Shown: positions 48,960 to 60,470, counted from the first letter of the stretch. The stretch is DNA of 64,000 nt from Octopus vulgaris (GCA_951406725.2 OX597815.1:36084001-36148000), one strand, 5' to 3'. Translations and numbers: made by a program. The notes: a model not told the origin generated them from the sequence alone.

Positions 48960-49002
48960 TACATTCTCCTTCTTTCTCTCTTTCATCAGCAAGCGTAACT
49001 GC

Positions 49003-49066
<64 letters not shown>

Positions 49067-49624
49067 GTGACATAATCTGATACACCTCACTTGTTCTGTT
49101 TCTCTTACCTGGAAATTTGGCTGGAGAATTTTTGAGGCCTAGAGATTATCTCTCCTTCCAATTCAGAGTCAGGTGCAATTGCTGCTAAGCATTTGTTTAC
49201 CCTTCCTCAAAGTGAAAATAATTTCAATGAATCAAAATTTTATTTTTTATGGCCTCTAGTAAATTTTTCTATGCCTTTAGTGTCCATCTTCAAGCACCAG
49301 ACCACTCCTTTAGCGAAAGACAGCTCTGAGTCGAGAACAGTGGAGAAATAATTGATGGCCTATGCTCTATAGGGAACAGAGGTATTCAGTAAGTTTATGT
49401 CTAGCTAGAGTCAAGAGAGGAGGTTTGCTCTGCTGATGAAGCCTATTGACACAGAAACATGTTCACAACTGTTCTCTTGTCCTCAGAAAAAAAGAAAAAA
49501 AAAGCAACAGACTGTCTTTTCTTTTTTGGGCATGGCACATTAATTCTGGAAAATTGTTGATTCCTTGAGATTATATCCATGCTTCTCATTCATATTTTGA
49601 TATAATTGCAACAAGGTATTTGTA

Positions 49625-49930
49625 TATAATAGTAATAACGAAATTATTGTATACAATGCTCGGGTGCACCACAACTTGTCAAAGGTGCGTATAAAGCATA
49701 AGCAGTAATGTACAAATGTCTGGGAAGTAAACAGTGTATGAGTCAGATACATGCTTGCGTGTGTATGGAGGGGAGAAAATCAGGTGTAGTGTTGGCGAAT
49801 CTCAGAAAGCATAGAAGTTTTGAAGGATGCAGTGCTCTGACAACTAACAACTGATACTGGCAGTTTGTTCCATACTTCAGCAACTTTTAGCGTGAAAAAA
49901 TGTTTCCGAAAGTCATGGGAGCTGTGCTGT
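49625..49930 (-). mobile_element. 3' fragment of a related CR1-group LINE (another at 46375-46490)
   Basis: Reverse complement matches 59120-59320, with a longer 3' UTR. Confidence 0.85.
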
Positions 49931-50787
49931 ATATCTTCTCTTGAAGTGGAGATATATTAAGAATTTATCTTGTATGGTATTTAGTATACTTTTCTTCATC
50001 TTTGTTGTTCAAATTCACTAAATCATTTCTCATAGTTCATTTTTGTTTTAATAATATAAATAACCCTTCTCCCTGGTCACTTCATCATTGATATCTCTCT
50101 CTCTCTCCCTCTCTCTTGACTTTACCTTTCTATACTCCTAGCTACCACCCCCCTCTCCCAGATCACTCATTGAGACTGTGATTTAGGAACCACACACACA
50201 CATGTGCACACACACATACACACACACACACACACACACGCATACAACACAACACAACACAACACACATACTTAGGATGGAAGTTTTAGCCTATCTGATG
50301 ATCTGCAGCTTTTATTACAGCTATTGCAAAAATGTCTGTTCTCTTCGGAAACCATGCCTCTGGAACTCCTCCCTTTTTACATCTTTCCTTGCAACACAAC
50401 AGCTTAAATATTGCATTAACAGCATCAATCTCACTGGTCTTAGAAGGCCTACACTGGTTATGGCTACTGCCTCTACCTTCAGATTTATCAAATAAAAAGA
50501 AGTTTTGTAAATACATGGATGATGAGAAGAGGAGAGGCAAATGAGTTAGACGTGCCTGTATGGAGATGGTAAGGGACCAACCAGATCAAAGGAGCAGGGA
50601 CTATTTTAGTAACACATCCTCCCAGACCTAGTAACTAAATATATTTTAAGTGTACGTAACTAGTATTTGAATTGTTAAGGGGCTGACAACAACTGAAATG
50701 AAATCGAGGTTTTATTTTTTAATTTTTTTTTATGTAGAACTCTTGTTTTGATGGAAATCATCTACCAACATTCTTTGTGTTGATATA

Positions 50788-51185
50788 CTCTTTTACTTGT
50801 TTCAGTCATTTGACTGCGGCCATGCTGGAGCACCGCCTTTAGTCGAGCAAATCGACCCCGGGACTTATTCTTTGTAAGCCCAGTACTTATTCTATCGGTC
50901 TCTTTTGCCGAACCGCTAAGTGACGGGGACGTAAACACACCAGCATCGATTGTCAAGCAATGCTAGGGGGACAAACGCAGACACACAAACACACACACAT
51001 ATATATATATATACATATATACGACAGGCTTCTTTCAGTTTCTATCTACCAAATCCACTCACAAGGCATTGGTCGGCCCGGGGCTATAGCAGAAGACACT
51101 TGCCCAAGATGCCATGCAGTGGGACTGAACCCGGAACCATGTGGTTGGTTAGCAAGCTACTTACCACACAGCCACTCCTGCGCCT
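50788..51185 (-). mobile_element. SINE family A, full length
   Basis: Near-identical reverse complement of 33262-33663. Confidence 0.9.
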
Positions 51186-52679
51186 ATGTATGTATTCCAT
51201 AACAAAGGTGTTGTTTATATTTATCCCACGACAGTCTTTTTTGAGGATGGCAACACATACTGTTTTAATAACAACATCATGATGCAGAGAGAGGTAGTAC
51301 CTCAATGATATTTTGAGCAGCTGCTGATTACATGTGTTATGTACTCTACAGAACAGTGATATAATTAACATTTGTGGTTACATCTTGGGCATTCAAGGGC
51401 TTCACTGTCCTGTTTGTTTGTTAAATATTTCATATCTATCTCTTGATCATGAATTAAGATGTGATCTGATATCACAAGTCCAAGAGCTGCTACATTTCAT
51501 TTTATTAATATCATCCTTTTCAAATTTAAGGGAAACATACTCATGCATAATCTTTTCATGGTAATCCAGAGTGTTCCTCTTCCAAGTCTTTGCTGAAGAA
51601 ATGCTAGTCCTGCAATTCAGGGTTCATATGGAAAGTCATCAAGAAGTCAGTATTTCTTAAAGAGTTCACAACTGACCCATGGCCCACACAATGTTATTCA
51701 AGTCACTTTTGTGCACTTGGGTGATGAACAGAATGATATAAATAACACAACACTCACAGGCCGTCTGTACTGGTCTTGTGAACTTTGCTCCACTCTTTGC
51801 AACGGCATTTCATTGCCCTATTCTATATTGTAAATTCTTTATTCTTTCTTTTAATTTTATTACCAACCTGGGTTGCTTAAGATGCCTTGTTTCTTTGTAG
51901 TATGCTTTGCAAATATCTTCCAGGTGTTACTTCAGAGTAACAGCAGCTGAATATTGCCAGGTATTAGTACTCCAGTATGTGTTTTCACAGGATGTGGTGT
52001 GTGTGAGAGAGAGAGGTTGGTGGTGGAGAGGGGTGAGTGGGTATTTATATATATATATATATATGTATATGTAGGTGCAGTATGGTTTAGTGGTTAGGAA
52101 ATCGGTTTGGCAGTCATGAGAGCAAGTGTTATTCTCTATACACTTGGTTTCACTCTTACCTTGTGAATGAAACTGGCTAGACAGAAACTGTATATAGCTA
52201 CATTTGAAGGTACATGATTGTACCTGTAACTCAAACTGCACAGCCTTGTCACTCACTGTTATCATAATTTTCTCAGAGAATTATGTAAAAGGTACATGTG
52301 TCTGTATGTCTCCATGTATGTATCATCATCATCATCATTTAATGTCCGTAGTCCATACTGGCACGAGTTAGACAGCTTGACTGCACCAGACACCAGTCTG
52401 ATTTGGCATGGTTTTCTATAGCTGGATGCCCTTTCTAATGCCAACCACTTCAAGAATGTAATGGATGCTTTTACATGTCACTGGCACAGGTGCCATTTGC
52501 ATGACACTGGAATGCCTTAACATGTCACTGGCGCAGGTGCTGATTTGTGTGACACCGGTATCTGCCATGACTGTGATTCTGTTCGGCTTGAAGGGTCTTC
52601 TCAGCACAACATAATGACAAAGGTCTAAGTCATTGCTTCCAAAGGAAGCAGACAGCAAAAGATCTTGCAATTCAGTACC

Positions 52680-53380
52680 TGCAAAAAATCAGCTATGACA
52701 TCGAAGAAATGACAATGTAGATAGCTGATAATGAACACAAACTGATGGAGGACCAACTGGGTGTTTATAAGACCATTATTTCAAGCATTGAAAATGAAAG
52801 AGGATGCCTTTTCTTTCTGGATGCTCCAGGTGGAACTGGCAAAACATTTGTCATCAACCTTCTTCTGGCTAAACTGCGCCAAATGAAACACATTGCCATA
52901 GCAATAGTGTCAAGTGGAATAGCTGCAACTCTGCTAACTGGTGGCCACACAGCTCATTCTTGTTTCAAACTCCCTTTGGACCTGTCCAAGAAAGAGAAGG
53001 CAAATTGCAACATCAGTCGTGGTTCTATAAAAGGCAAACTTTTGGGTGAATGCAGGTTGATCATCTGGGATGAGGCGACAATGAGCCATAAGGTTTCCTT
53101 TGAAGCTCTTGAATTGGCCCTTCAGGATCTGAGACACAACACTAGGCTTATAGGAGATGCCACAGTCTTGCTTGCAGGAGACTTTAGGCAAACCCTTCCT
53201 GTGGTTCCAATTGTGACAAGAGCTGATGAGGTAAATTCCAGCATTAAGTTGTCCTACCTATGGAGCAGTGTGCAAAAGCTGAGACTCACAACCAACATGA
53301 AACTGCAGACAGAACTTTTTCAAAGCAACTGTTGGACGACGGTAACGGCACTTCAATTGGTGAGAAGGATGGCCGGATAA
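52680..53380 (+). pseudogene. Helitron PIF1-like helicase fragment
   Basis: FFLDAPGGTGKTF (Walker A), SSGIAATLL, IIWDEATM, LAGDFRQTLPVV and LTTNM motifs; truncated on both sides. Confidence 0.88.
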
Positions 53381-53639
53381 AAAAGTGTACGTAGACTGCT
53401 ATATGTATATATAAATTTTTTAAAAATGGAACAAGAATGCAACAGATCACAATAAAACATCCAGATAGATGATACAAAGATGTTCAGGAAAAACAACAAC
53501 AAAATGGACAGGAAAAAACAAGGATGGGTCATTCGCAGCCTCCTCATCCGGATGTTTTATTGTCGTCTCTTGTGTTCTTGTTCTATTCTTTGGATTTATA
53601 CACCACCTGTTTTCGTCCTTTTGTTTTTTTGTAAACTCT

Positions 53640-53693
<54 letters not shown>

Positions 53694-53849
53694 ATATCTT
53701 ATATTTTGTGAAATTTGATTTAGTATTTCTAAATTGAATTTTTCCCTGTATATATAACCAAATTAGCAAGTTAGAAAATCTCTATAAGAGATGAAAGCAG
53801 TAACTATACTGAAATATCACTGATCCAACAAGGAAATTAGCTGGGATGG

Positions 53850-54832
53850 GGATGAGCACAAATACCTCAAAACCATACAGGCTGGTGGCCCTGTCGCTGG
53901 GAGATGGCAGGGGTTTTCTCTCCTGCTTGCAATATATATCAGGTGCAGATTGCATCAAATGACCAGCTAGAAGAGGTATCCTCCTGGGGTTAAAATAGTA
54001 GTAATGTCAGTTCCTACAGGAGAGCTGTGTTGAAGTGATGATAAACATTACTTTTCAGTATAGTTACTGTTTTCATCTCTTATAGTGTTTTTCTAACTAG
54101 CTAATTTGCTTGGTGCAAGATCAATGACTGGTTGTTAATTATTTTCTCAAAATCGAAATCGATCAACATTAATGTAAATTGCAGCTGTGATACCAGTGCC
54201 GGTGGTACGTAAGAGAACCATCCAAACGTGGCCATTGCCAGTGCCGCCCGACTGGCCTCGTGCCGGTGGCACGTAAAAAGCACCATCCGATCATGGCCGT
54301 TGCCAGCCTCACCTGATCCCCGTGCCGGTGGCACGTAAAAAGCACCATCCGATCGTGGCTGTTTTCCAGCATCGTCTGGCACCTGTGCGGGTGGCACGTA
54401 AAAGCACCCACTACACTCACGGAGTGATTGGCGTTAGGAAGGGCATCCAGCCATAGAACATTGCCAGATCAGACTGGGCCTGGTGCAGCCTTCTGGCCTC
54501 CCAGACCCCTGTTGAACCGTCCAACCCATGCTAGCATGGAAAGCGGATGCTAAACGACGACGACAATGATGATGATTGCAAGCTGGAGAGAGTTACTGGT
54601 ATCTCTAGCGGACAAGTGTCCACCACTGAAGATGAGCATAAATAGTTCAAGACCATACAGTCTGGTGGTCCTGTCACTGGAAGATGGTAGGGGTTCGCTC
54701 CCTTGCTTGTAATATATATTGGGTGCAGATTGCATCAAATAACCAGTTAGAGAAGGCATCCTCCTGGGGTTAAAATGGTAGTAACATCAGTTCCTGCAGA
54801 ACAGCCATGTTCAAGTGGTGATAAACATTACT
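53850..54832 (+). repeat. Two diverged direct copies of an unclassified ~205-bp sequence (53850-54052 and 54630-54832)
   Basis: Collinear blocks gatgagca, accatacag.ctggtgg, ggtgcagattgcatcaaat, atcctcctggggttaaaat and tgataaacattactt. Confidence 0.85.
54152..54577 (+). mobile_element. Related subfamily of the RTE-tailed tandem-repeat element
   Basis: Repeated ggtggcacgtaaaaagcacc units plus RTE tail. Confidence 0.8.
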
Positions 54833-54879
54833 TGCATGCATGCATATATGTATGTATATATGTATGTATGTATGTATGT

Positions 54880-55437
54880 AATGTCAGGTTATTTTCGAGT
54901 GCTACTGGTAACATGTAACCCAGTACAACATGTTGCATGGTCGGGTCGTCGGCAACTAAACTGGCAACCCCACCAAGCTTGCTTGGTGAGGAGGGTGTTT
55001 ATTGGACACCATGCAGGATGAAAAACAAAACCCGTCAAAGGGCGGAGGAACCCTTGAGAGTCAACGGCCATCCAATAAATGTCTTAAGGCTGTATCATGC
55101 ACGGGGACATAGAAATAATCGGACTGAATACCCGATTGCGCGGTTAAACCACTGGGAGTGAAGGACTCCTAGCCTTTGTTAGGGCATCCTTCTAGGAGAA
55201 GGTAACTCAGATAACTGGAATAACTCTGACATAGAACCTGCGGCTCAGTGCTTACTGATGATGTTGACTTGTTCTTCTTTTTGGATTATGGCTGCTGTTG
55301 CTTAGTGAGTGGGATTGACTCAGTGCACAGCCTTTCCTCACTTTAAAAAAAAATCTTCTTGCACAGGCATTGCACAATAACAACATTGATTAAGCTTCGT
55401 GCAATGGCCATACTTGATAACGAGGGGGCAGCCACCA
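54880..55437 (+). mobile_element. Probable non-autonomous bipartite RTE-derived element between (TATG)n tracts
   Basis: gggcatccttctaggagaaggtaactc resembles RTE 5' UTR motifs as I recall them; 3' gccatacttgataacgagggggcagccacc followed by (atgt)n; many hairpins. Confidence 0.5.
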
Positions 55438-55449
55438 TGTATGTATCTA

Positions 55450-55531
<82 letters not shown>
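55438..55531. repeat. Long (TG)n microsatellite
   Basis: Direct inspection. Confidence 0.95.
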
Positions 55532-55533
<2 letters not shown>

Positions 55534-55980
55534 AGTGAATGAATGAATGATTTTTGTTAGGCATTGTGCTATAGAAAAATAAATCAACTTCAGAATGATG
55601 CATGTAGAGCTCCTGAGGGATGAAGGGTAAAGTTGACCCAGATATGATTAAACACTGAATGTTGAAGGACAAAATTAAATACTGTATGGATTTCGTCTGA
55701 CACATTTCATTTCTGCCAAATTACGTCATTTGTTTTGGAAAAATATTATCACAAGCATTTATCAATAAAAGAATATATGATGGTATAATATCTCCGTGGA
55801 CCAAGTTCAGGAATCATGTTTTTGTTTCTCAACTAAAACTATCTCTCTTTACTTATATGGCTAATACCCTTGGAAAATGCATGAACCTCTCCACTATCTA
55901 CATCTGTGTAAAATTGTGGTCTTGCACCCAAGTATGCTCTGCTAAAGAACCTGCCTGTACCTGTACCTCTTGTCGCATTT

Positions 55981-56445
55981 AAGACCGCGGATTCTGCCAC
56001 CCATGAAGTCATTGCCATTGGGGTACCAGAAGACATGGCTGATCTTCAGGCTTTTGCTGCCAACTCAGCCAAAGACCTAGGCTGCGTTCCCCCAACGGGT
56101 GCTATCCGCCTTGGACGACCTGGCCCAAAACCTAGGCTCATCAAGTTGTCTTTTACGGACCCCACTGAGGCAACCTCTTACCATCTGGCCTCAGTTAAAG
56201 CTGGGCGGGAAAATCGGACCACCTTCCGAACACGCCCAGGCTTACCGTCCGATGTACGTCCGAAGCTACGTGTAGTGGCTTCCCTGAATAGGAACTCAGC
56301 TCTACAGGAAAGCTTCAGTCTTCAGGAAGATGGACAAATCTGGAGATTTGTCAAGACTGCTGAAACGTGGAAGAGAGATACCAGCTGGTCTGAGTGCTCT
56401 CTACCCACAATAACTAAAAAGACTACAGCAACTCAGGGAAACTAA
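55981..56445 (+). CDS. LINE ORF1 C-terminal part (VIAIGVPE...IRLG...PRLIKLSF...QGN*)
   Basis: The GVPE, RLG and PRLIK motifs are typical of CR1/L2/Jockey-group ORF1; the frame is open from 55912. Confidence 0.7.
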   Translation, partial: KTADSATHEVIAIGVPEDMADLQAFAANSAKDLGCVPPTGAIRLGRPGPKPRLIKLSFTDPTEATSYHLASVKAGRENRTTFRTRPGLPSDVRPKLRVVASLNRNSALQESFSLQEDGQIWRFVKTAETWKRDTSWSECSLPTITKKTTATQGN

Positions 56446-59267
56446 GCCAGAACAACCTGCCATCCTCTACACACCATCATAAACTGCGAGCAGGGTACAA
56501 ATTGTTGTCCTTAAATGCTCGCAGTTTATGCAACAAAATACATTTGTTCAACGCCTACGTCAGAAGTGTTGACCCTGACTTCATCACTGTCACGGAAACA
56601 TGGGCGCATTCCTTACTCTGTGATGGGGTTTTCAACATTACGGGGTACAACCTCTTCCGTAAGGACCGCACTAACCGCCGTGGTAGTGGTGTGATGGTCT
56701 ACGTTCGTTCAAATTTTTTGGTAATTCCTTGTGCCGATTTGAACGAATCACAAGAAGAAGTTTTTTTCTGTGACGTGCGTATGACCATGTCAACACTCCT
56801 GCTTGGCGTTGTTTATCGTCCCCCAAGTTACCATCGGGACACACAGCTTTGCAATGTCCTCCGAGCTGCTGCCAGGAAAACAGCCACTTATGTGTTTATT
56901 GCAGGCGATTTCAATCATCCTGAGATCGATTGGGAGACCTTCCATTGGCCACAGAGTGCAAACGATTTTGTTGAGCTTGTGCTGGACTCAAACTGGTCAC
57001 AAGTAGTCACCTCTCCAACAAGAGGCGACAACACCTTGGACCTGCTCTTCACCACAACTCCTGAAGCGGTTATCAATTGCACTACGGAGGAACCTCTAGG
57101 TGACTCTGATCATGCTATGATCATCGCCAATCTGGCTCTTGCGGGCAACAAAAACCTGAACCATCTCCAATCTGCTTCCTTCGATTGGAAGAGAGCAGAT
57201 TGGAACCTGTACCACACTGAACTACAGCACCCAAACTGGCGTGAATTCTACAACTCTGGAGATGTGAATACTATACTCCAGAGTATCCTGGACTCAATAT
57301 GGGCAGCATGTGCCACATCAGTGCCACGTAAACAAAAAAAGAAGAACCGCCCCAAAAGGGCAATTTGGGAAACTTCAGCGGTCCGACTTGCCAGGAGGGA
57401 ACGTCGGACTGCTGAACGGGAATACAGGTTGCATAAATCAGACACCAACAGGAAGAAGCGGAATAAATCCTCCAACCATCTCAAGCAAGTGACAAAAAAA
57501 GCAGTGCTTGAATTTGAACAGTGCATAGCAGCCAATCCTGACAGCAAGGTTTTCTGGAAATATGTGCACTCAAAGCAGAGACCTCACTCTCCAGTGGGCC
57601 CTCTTCGCAACCCTCACACAAACCAGATCACTGACGACCCCAAGGAATGCGCAGAACTCATTGCCGAGTGCTATGCAAACATATTCACTGTTGAAAGTCA
57701 AAATGTACCATCTTCACCATCACTAACAGCAAACTCCATAACAACTATGGAATTTACACCTGCAATGCTGCGACGTCACCTTCAAAATAAGCGCAACTAT
57801 GCCTCCCCTGGTCTCGATGGAGTTACATACCTGCTTCTCAAACGTGGCAGGCACTTCCTTTTACACCAGCTTTCTATTTTCTTCCAGTACTGTCTCAACA
57901 ATGGTGCTACTCCGGAGCAGTGGAAAACTGCCAGTGTCATTCCTCTGTTCAAAAAGGGCGACCGCACATCACCTGTCAACTATCGCCCAGTCAGTCTCAC
58001 TAGCTGTATTGCAAAACTGATGGAATCGTGTGTCAGAGAAACACTCTGGAACTTCTGGAGCTCTCACAGTCTCATCCGACCCTCACAATATGGATTTGTC
58101 CCTAACTCCAGCTGCAGTGACCAGCTTGTCGAGTTCCTTGAGGACATTACTCAGATTACTGACAGTGGCTCATGGGTGGATGTTGTCTACCTTGACTTTG
58201 CTAAGGCTTTCAACTCTGTGCCACACAAAAGGCTTATGGTGAAACTCTCTGCAATGGGTGTGGGGGATGACCTTTTTAACTGGTTGAAATCCTTCATCCT
58301 CAGCCGAAAGGAGGTAGTCACAGTTCTAGGACAGCACTCTACACCATATGAGATGTCATCGGGTGTACCACAGGGATCTGTCCTTGGTCCCCTCTTGTTT
58401 GTGGCATACATTAACGACATAGATGCCAATTTAAAGAATGCCACAGTATTGAAATATGCAGACGACATCAAGCTGTACCTTGAAATCAAGAGGACAGATC
58501 CTGATGTCTACAACTCTTTCCTGCAATCAGACCTAGACACAATGCAGCAATGGATCACAGACTGGCAACTGAAACTGGCTGTGGACAAGTGTACCACCAT
58601 GCATTTTGGGAGAAAAAACCCTGCGTTCACTTACTCCCTCCACAACACTGATATCAAGAAATCCTCTTGCGAGCGTGACCTAGGCATCACTGTCAGCAGT
58701 GATTTGCGTTGGTCAAAGCATATCTCTAAGATTGTCAGGAAGGCCGAGGGTGTCTTGGCATCACTCAGCAGGTCTTTTGTTAGCCGCTCTCCAGCCATCT
58801 ATTTAAAACTGTATACAGCTATGGTACGACCACACTTGGAATTCGCATCATCAGTTTGGAACCCCTATCTTGCACAGAACATTGACCTCCTGGAATCTGT
58901 CCAGAGACGTGCAACCAAACGCATACCCTCCATCAGACACCTACCATATTCTGAGCGCCTTGTTTCCCTGGGCATGGATTCACTGAAGCTCCGGCGTTTG
59001 GCGACGGACTTGGTAAACACCCACAAAGTTATCAACCACCTCACCAACAACAACACTGAACACCTTTTTGATCTCCATGTGTCTAACACACGTGGACATG
59101 CCTACAAAGTCAGAAAACAATACAGCTCCCATGACTTTCGGAAACATTTTTTCACGCTCAGAGTTGCTGAAGCATGGAATAAACTGCCTGCGTCAGTTGT
59201 TGACTGCCATGACACTGCATCTTTTAAGGCCCTCATGCTTTCCGAAATCCGCCGAAACTACACCTGA
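56418..59267 (+). CDS. LINE ORF2, uninterrupted: APE endonuclease + reverse transcriptase (no AUG before the first endonuclease motif)
   Basis: LNARSL, VTETW, VYRPP, GDFN, SDH, NYRPVSLT, LDFAKAF, GVPQGSVLGPLLF, YADD, RPHLEF and WN motifs; frame open from 56418, after the TAA at 56415-56417. Confidence 0.95.
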   Translation, partial: KDYSNSGKLSQNNLPSSTHHHKLRAGYKLLSLNARSLCNKIHLFNAYVRSVDPDFITVTETWAHSLLCDGVFNITGYNLFRKDRTNRRGSGVMVYVRSNFLVIPCADLNESQEEVFFCDVRMTMSTLLLGVVYRPPSYHRDTQLCNVLRAAARKTATYVFIAGDFNHPEIDWETFHWPQSANDFVELVLDSNWSQVVTSPTRGDNTLDLLFTTTPEAVINCTTEEPLGDSDHAMIIANLALAGNKNLNHLQSASFDWKRADWNLYHTELQHPNWREFYNSGDVNTILQSILDSIWAACATSVPRKQKKKNRPKRAIWETSAVRLARRERRTAEREYRLHKSDTNRKKRNKSSNHLKQVTKKAVLEFEQCIAANPDSKVFWKYVHSKQRPHSPVGPLRNPHTNQITDDPKECAELIAECYANIFTVESQNVPSSPSLTANSITTMEFTPAMLRRHLQNKRNYASPGLDGVTYLLLKRGRHFLLHQLSIFFQYCLNNGATPEQWKTASVIPLFKKGDRTSPVNYRPVSLTSCIAKLMESCVRETLWNFWSSHSLIRPSQYGFVPNSSCSDQLVEFLEDITQITDSGSWVDVVYLDFAKAFNSVPHKRLMVKLSAMGVGDDLFNWLKSFILSRKEVVTVLGQHSTPYEMSSGVPQGSVLGPLLFVAYINDIDANLKNATVLKYADDIKLYLEIKRTDPDVYNSFLQSDLDTMQQWITDWQLKLAVDKCTTMHFGRKNPAFTYSLHNTDIKKSSCERDLGITVSSDLRWSKHISKIVRKAEGVLASLSRSFVSRSPAIYLKLYTAMVRPHLEFASSVWNPYLAQNIDLLESVQRRATKRIPSIRHLPYSERLVSLGMDSLKLRRLATDLVNTHKVINHLTNNNTEHLFDLHVSNTRGHAYKVRKQYSSHDFRKHFFTLRVAEAWNKLPASVVDCHDTASFKALMLSEIRRNYT

Positions 59268-59470
59268 TTATATATACACTTTAGATGAGTTGTAGTGCAC
59301 CTGAGCACTGTACACAATTATTATTATTATTATTATTATTATTAAGTATAAAATGAACAACTGAAAGGAAAGAAAATACAATCATGTTGGCAATGATGTC
59401 GAAGGCAAAGGGTTGTTTTCTGATATCTAGATGTGTGTATGTATGTTGTTTCTCTTTTTTCTTTTCTCTT

Positions 59471-59871
59471 TCTCTTTTACTTGTTTCAGTCATTTGACTG
59501 CAGCCATGCTGGAGCACCGCCTTTACCTGAGCAAATCGACCCCGGGACTTATTCTTTGTAAGCCCAGTACTTATTCTATCGGTCTCTTTTGTCGAACCCC
59601 ACTAAGTGATGGGGACGTAAATACACCAGCATCGGTTGTCAAGCAATGCTAGAGGGACAAACACAGATACACAAACACACACACGCATATATATATATAT
59701 ATATACATATATACGACGGGCTTCTTTCAGTTTCCATCTACCAAATCCACTCACAAGGCATTGGTCGGCCCGGGGTTTAGCAGAAGACACTTGCCCAAGA
59801 TGCCACGCAGTGGGACTGAACCCAGAACCATGTGGTTGGTAGGCAAGCTACTTACCACACAGCCACTCCTG
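59471..59871 (-). mobile_element. SINE family A, full length
   Basis: Near-identical reverse complement of 33262-33663. Confidence 0.9.
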
Positions 59872-60470
59872 TTTGCGTATGTTTACAATAAATGTTACTG
59901 TTTATCCATACTTTTATATCTATTTATAATCTTTATAATCAGACATCTATTTGTGGAAAAAAGACATGTGTCCATAGGTTTCTTCCTTTTCATTTTCTTC
60001 TATTTAACATCACAACTGGAAGTTATTTTTATCAATGTCAGTTGTTTTTTCTGAAAATATCTCAAACATGCTGGCAACAGGAATTACATAGATTACACAT
60101 TATTTTGAGTGATTAGACTTGAGAAAGTTCTTCAGTTGACTCATTCACATAACCAATGAAGAGGGAGCAGAAAGAAGAAGGTAGGTAGTCACTGGGTTCA
60201 CTAGAATTTTAATGGTGCCATAGCCATGAGCCAAAATAATGATTATAATAGACTAAGTGTTATAAATACACAAAAACATAATGTCTATTCATTTCATGTT
60301 TTATGTACTATATATAAAAAACATGGTGTTTTGTCAATTAAACATATGGCTTTTATTGTTTGATTAGATACTGTTTTAGTACCTAGCTACACCATTAGTA
60401 AGGAATCCTCTACAAAGTGGTTTAACTAGCTAGAAATAGCAGCTAAATCTCCTTCATATTGCACCTTACC

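Larger units (their letters stand above)
55912..59344 (+). mobile_element. CR1-group LINE, 5'-truncated within ORF1, with (ATT)n tail
   Basis: Partial ORF1, intact ORF2, short 3' UTR ...gtgcacctgagcactgtacaca followed by (att)n. The 5' boundary is approximate and no clear TSD was seen. Confidence 0.9.

Noticed and set aside
49433-49470. Hammerhead-like CTGATGA...GAAACATGTT
   Set aside because: The core boxes are present but stems I and II do not pair convincingly; at best a decayed relic.
50950-51282. Recurrent ORFs ...LPNPLTRHWSAR...RRHLPKMP... (also at 33249 and 59636)
   Set aside because: Chance antisense reading frames of SINE family A.
52745-53380. Host PIF1 helicase gene
   Set aside because: Intronless, truncated and frameshifted at both ends, with Helitron-type motif wording (DAPGGTGKTF, GDFRQTLPV).
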